Source: Deltaproteobacteria bacterium
Lineage (GTDB): Bacteria > Myxococcota > JACRCW01
Assembly (NCBI GenBank): GCA_016218805.1
Contig: JACRCW010000159.1
Location: forward strand, 1-64,000
DNA length: 64,000 nucleotides
Reading direction: 5' to 3'
The position numbers were made by a program, and so were the translations under genes. Shown piece after piece: positions 60,684-64,000 of the stretch. A model generated the notes under the pieces. The model ran no database searches, was not told the origin of the DNA, and was given only the letters and a program-made list of their open reading frames with translations. Numbering within the stretch: the first letter of the stretch is position 1; each line of letters begins with the position of its first letter.

Positions 60684-61123
60684 GTGGCAGCGGTTCACCG
60701 GCTCCGGCGCGCTGTGGAAGCTGTGGGGCAACGAGGTCCTGGTGGCCCCGCTCATCGTCCCCAAGGTGTGCCCCACCGGCCTGGTGCGTGACGCCAACGG
60801 CGACCTCGTGCGTGCGTGGCGCTGAGGCTGGACTCGTGGGACTGGTTTGCCGCGGAACGCCAGGACATCCTCACGCGCTTGTGGCAGGGCAACGTCCGCA
60901 ACCTGCTGGTGCTCACCGGTGACCTGCGTTCCACCATCATGGCGTCCGCCTATTGACCCCGAGCTCGCCTGGACAGTGAACGCTGGGGTCACGGCGTGCT
61001 CGCAGCGGCGCCACGTGTGAGGTGGTGCAAGTGGACAAGAGCCTGGACGCAGACCCCGCCGAAGTGCTGGTGGTGCGGCAGGTGGCGGTGGACGCGGGCA
61101 GCACCGTGGTGCGCAACCTCTGA
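60684..61123 (+). pseudogene. Fragments of a PhoD-like alkaline phosphatase
   Basis: ALWKLWGNEV and, in another frame, LDSWDWFAAERQ..NVRNLLVLTGDL; internal stops. Confidence 0.6.
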
Positions 61124-61237
61124 TTGTCCCTGGGCCACCTCAGAACGCGCACGGGATGACCCGCATCACGCCGGGCCCGTCCACGCTCGTGATAGCGTCT
61201 GCGCCCCCGGATCCCCCGGTCCTACTGGGAGACGCTG

Positions 61238-64000
61238 ATGGCCCTCCTGCGCGCGCTTGTCATTCCCCGCCCTGTTCTTGCGTTCCCCTCCGCCCTGTTC
61301 TGCGCTTGCCTATCCACGCTGGCGTGCCACAACGCGGCCACGTCCTCCACCGTGACTCCGGCTCCCGCGCCCGCTGCCGCTCCGGCGGAACTTCCCGACG
61401 TGATGCGCCGCGCGCACTTCGCCTTCCATCCGGTTGGCGTGGCGGATTGGTCAGGCGGAGGCACGCACTACCAGGTGGACGTCCACCAGGGCGGTATCCG
61501 GTTCACGCCCGGGGTGTCGGAGGGCGGAGGTTCCTTCACCGCGGGACCGCCGCTGGAGCTGGAGACCCGGGGCGTGCGTCGCGGAGCGCGCGAGCGCCTG
61601 CTGGACGTGCCCGCGGCGCGCGGTGACGGCGAAGGCAGCCTGCGGATCTCCCGCGACGACGCCGAGGAGGTGCTGCAGAACACCGCGGACGGGCTGTGGC
61701 AGCGCTGGGAATGGACCACGGAGCCCGACGGCGACGGTGACCTGGAGGTCACGGTGGCGGCCAGCGGGTTGCCATATGCCGGCACATCCGACGAGGCGGT
61801 TCACTTCCGCGACCCGGGGTCGCCGGTGGGCGTGCGCTACTCGCATGCGACGTGGATTGACGCCGACGGGAACCGGACCCGCATTGAGGCCCGCTGGGAT
61901 CACGGACACATTGCCCTGGTGGTTCCCGCGGCGGTGTTGTCCGCATCCGCGTATCCGGCGGTGCTGGACCCGGTGGTGGGCCCGGAGGTGGCCGCGGACG
62001 CGGGTGCGGTGGTCGTCAGTGCGTCCGGCACGGCCGTCAGCGGGCCCCTGCTCGCGTACGGCGCTTCCACCTACCTGGCCATCTGGAACGACTCCCGGTT
62101 CGGCTACACCACGACGATGGGGGCGCGCTTCAACGCCGCCGGCACGGCGTTGGATCCCACCGGTTTTGTCATTGGGCGGTTGGCGGAAACACTGGCGTTT
62201 GACGGGACCAACTTCCAGGTTGCGTACGCGGACTACAATACCGGTCTGTACGGGTACCGGATCACCCCGGCCGGCGTCATCGACGGCAGCGTGTACACCC
62301 TCAATACCGCGCTTTACATGCAATACCCGCGCATGGCGTGCCAGGCGGCAACGCAGTGCCTGGTGGTCTACCGGAAGCTCAACACGGGCAACTTCCGGTA
62401 CGAAACCTGGGGCCATCGCATCAATCTGAATGCCACGCCGCTGGGCAGCGCGTTCGCCATCTATGTGTTGAACAGCACCAATTCTCACGACGTCGCCTTT
62501 GATGGCACCAATTACGGGATTGCCATTGAGCGGCAATACGCGTCCGGCGGTATTGTCCTTGGGCAGCGTGTCTCTACCGCGGGCACGCTGGTGGGTACGG
62601 AAGTCAACATCTCCACCGTGACGCCCACGGTGGCCCAGGCGTCTGTGCCCCGGATTGCGTACGGGGGAGGGAAGTACCTGGTGGCGTGGCAGGACAACCG
62701 CGCCGGCAGTGCCAGCGGGCCGTTTGACATCTACGGCGCGTTCTACGGCACCGACGGGACCGTGGGCGCCAACGTCCAGCTCGGCAACGCCGCGGGCGGC
62801 GAACAGGTCACGCCGGTGGTGTCCGGTGACGCGGCCAACTTCTTGGTGGCGTGGAACCACCTCCGGCCGGACGGGAAGAACGAGGTCTGGGCCAACCGCC
62901 GCCGCGTATCCGATGGCGCGCTGCTGGACGGGACGGGCGTGCTGCTGGTGGGCGCCGCGGGTGCGGATAACTCGGTTTCGGCGACTGTCTATGACAGCAC
63001 CGGACACGCGCTGGGATTCCGTGCCACGCCGGCGTTGTCCACCAACCAGGACAACTACCTGGCCCGCTACAACACGGGCGGCGCGGCCCTGGCGCTGCGG
63101 GACGCTGCGCCCCTGCTGATGACGACGTCCGGCAACCGGCAGGTGGTGCCGGATGTGGCGTATGACTCGGTCAACGCGTTGTATCTGGCGGTGTGGCAGG
63201 ACACGCGGCTGGGAGCCTCCAATCTGTACGGGGCACGCTTTGACAGCGGCGGTGCGTTGCTGGACGCCGCGGCGTTCCTCATTGCGCAGGGCGCCGGTTC
63301 CCGGGACAAGCCGCGCCTGGCGTTTGACGCCGCCAGCGGACGGTTCCTGGTGGTGTGGGAGGACAACCGCAACGGCGCCTGGGACATCTACGGGGGCCGC
63401 CTCACGTCGCCTGCCAGCCCCACGCTTCCAACGCTGGTGGACACCAGCGCGGGGTTCCTGGTCTCCAGCAACGGCGCCGGCGTGCCCGCCGCCAACAACC
63501 AGATCACGCCGGACCTGGTGCTGGCGCCCTCCACCGGCCGGATGCTGGTGGTCTGGAGCGATGGACGCACCGGGTCGGACATCTACGGTACCCGGGTGGA
63601 CATGACCGCGGCCTCGCCCGTGGTGGACCTCACCGGCAAGGTCCTGGTTGACACGGCGGCGGTGTCCCTGATCCTGCCCCGCATTGCGCACGAAGGCCCC
63701 AACTCGCTGCTGGTATGGGTGGATTATTGGGGTGATAAGATCGACGCGGCGCGTTTTGACGCCAGCCTCACCAAGATCGCCGCTTCGGACCTCACGGTGG
63801 ACACAGTGGTTCGCAGCTACACGCGTCCGTCCGTGTCGTTCGGCGGGGGCGCCTATATCGTGGCGTGGGAGAACTCCAGCTTGCGCATCAACGCGGCGCG
63901 CATCACCGCGGCCGGCGTGCTCTCCGGCGTGCAACGGGACGTCTGGTACAGCGGCGTGGTCAGCCCGACCTCACCGGACGTTTCATTTGATGGCACCTAC
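61238..64000 (+). CDS. Large secreted protein with beta-propeller-like repeats (runs off the window)
   Basis: Same frame at spot checks to the window end; TLAC lipobox, YPAVLDP, repeated P.(V/I)A..YLV.W.D.R..DIYG. Confidence 0.8.
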   Translation, partial: MALLRALVIPRPVLAFPSALFCACLSTLACHNAATSSTVTPAPAPAAAPAELPDVMRRAHFAFHPVGVADWSGGGTHYQVDVHQGGIRFTPGVSEGGGSFTAGPPLELETRGVRRGARERLLDVPAARGDGEGSLRISRDDAEEVLQNTADGLWQRWEWTTEPDGDGDLEVTVAASGLPYAGTSDEAVHFRDPGSPVGVRYSHATWIDADGNRTRIEARWDHGHIALVVPAAVLSASAYPAVLDPVVGPEVAADAGAVVVSASGTAVSGPLLAYGASTYLAIWNDSRFGYTTTMGARFNAAGTALDPTGFVIGRLAETLAFDGTNFQVAYADYNTGLYGYRITPAGVIDGSVYTLNTALYMQYPRMACQAATQCLVVYRKLNTGNFRYETWGHRINLNATPLGSAFAIYVLNSTNSHDVAFDGTNYGIAIERQYASGGIVLGQRVSTAGTLVGTEVNISTVTPTVAQASVPRIAYGGGKYLVAWQDNRAGSASGPFDIYGAFYGTDGTVGANVQLGNAAGGEQVTPVVSGDAANFLVAWNHLRPDGKNEVWANRRRVSDGALLDGTGVLLVGAAGADNSVSATVYDSTGHALGFRATPALSTNQDNYLARYNTGGAALALRDAAPLLMTTSGNRQVVPDVAYDSVNALYLAVWQDTRLGASNLYGARFDSGGALLDAAAFLIAQGAGSRDKPRLAFDAASGRFLVVWEDNRNGAWDIYGGRLTSPASPTLPTLVDTSAGFLVSSNGAGVPAANNQITPDLVLAPSTGRMLVVWSDGRTGSDIYGTRVDMTAASPVVDLTGKVLVDTAAVSLILPRIAHEGPNSLLVWVDYWGDKIDAARFDASLTKIAASDLTVDTVVRSYTRPSVSFGGGAYIVAWENSSLRINAARITAAGVLSGVQRDVWYSGVVSPTSPDVSFDGTY

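Overview
High-GC (about 70% by eye) bacterial chromosome segment, most likely Myxococcota: MYXO-CTERM-type sorting signal, mevalonate genes, PilZ protein and large Cys/Ser-rich secreted proteins. Mostly housekeeping and metabolic genes: PFOR with its DHOD-like partner, tatD, phasin, serS, a MaoC pair, sixA, an rpiB-glyA fusion, hydA with beta-ureidopropionase, slyD, a Lon-like protease, GH63 with glk, galU, mvaA-mvk, galE, xdhAB, gapN, apaG, lipB, ileS, an L,D-transpeptidase-family gene and hbd. No rRNA, tRNA, CRISPR array, integrase or transposase was recognised. Main unexplained features: (1) three small foreign inserts, each flanked by a direct duplication of the promoter/5' region of a leftward housekeeping gene (glk, ileS, hbd); two carry toxin-antitoxin-like pairs with a broken toxin and one ends in an attC-like site; (2) a roughly 260-nt structured non-coding element between convergent genes, next to a helically phased 8-mer array; (3) strong TCGA depletion in host DNA that is relaxed in the inserts; (4) unusual proteins: RpiB-GlyA fusion, MaoC with a Lys/Pro/Ala/Glu repeat tail, a HEPN-like protein lacking RxxxxH, and IleRS with HHGH/KYSKS motifs. 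All calls come from reading motifs by eye; no database searches were run.
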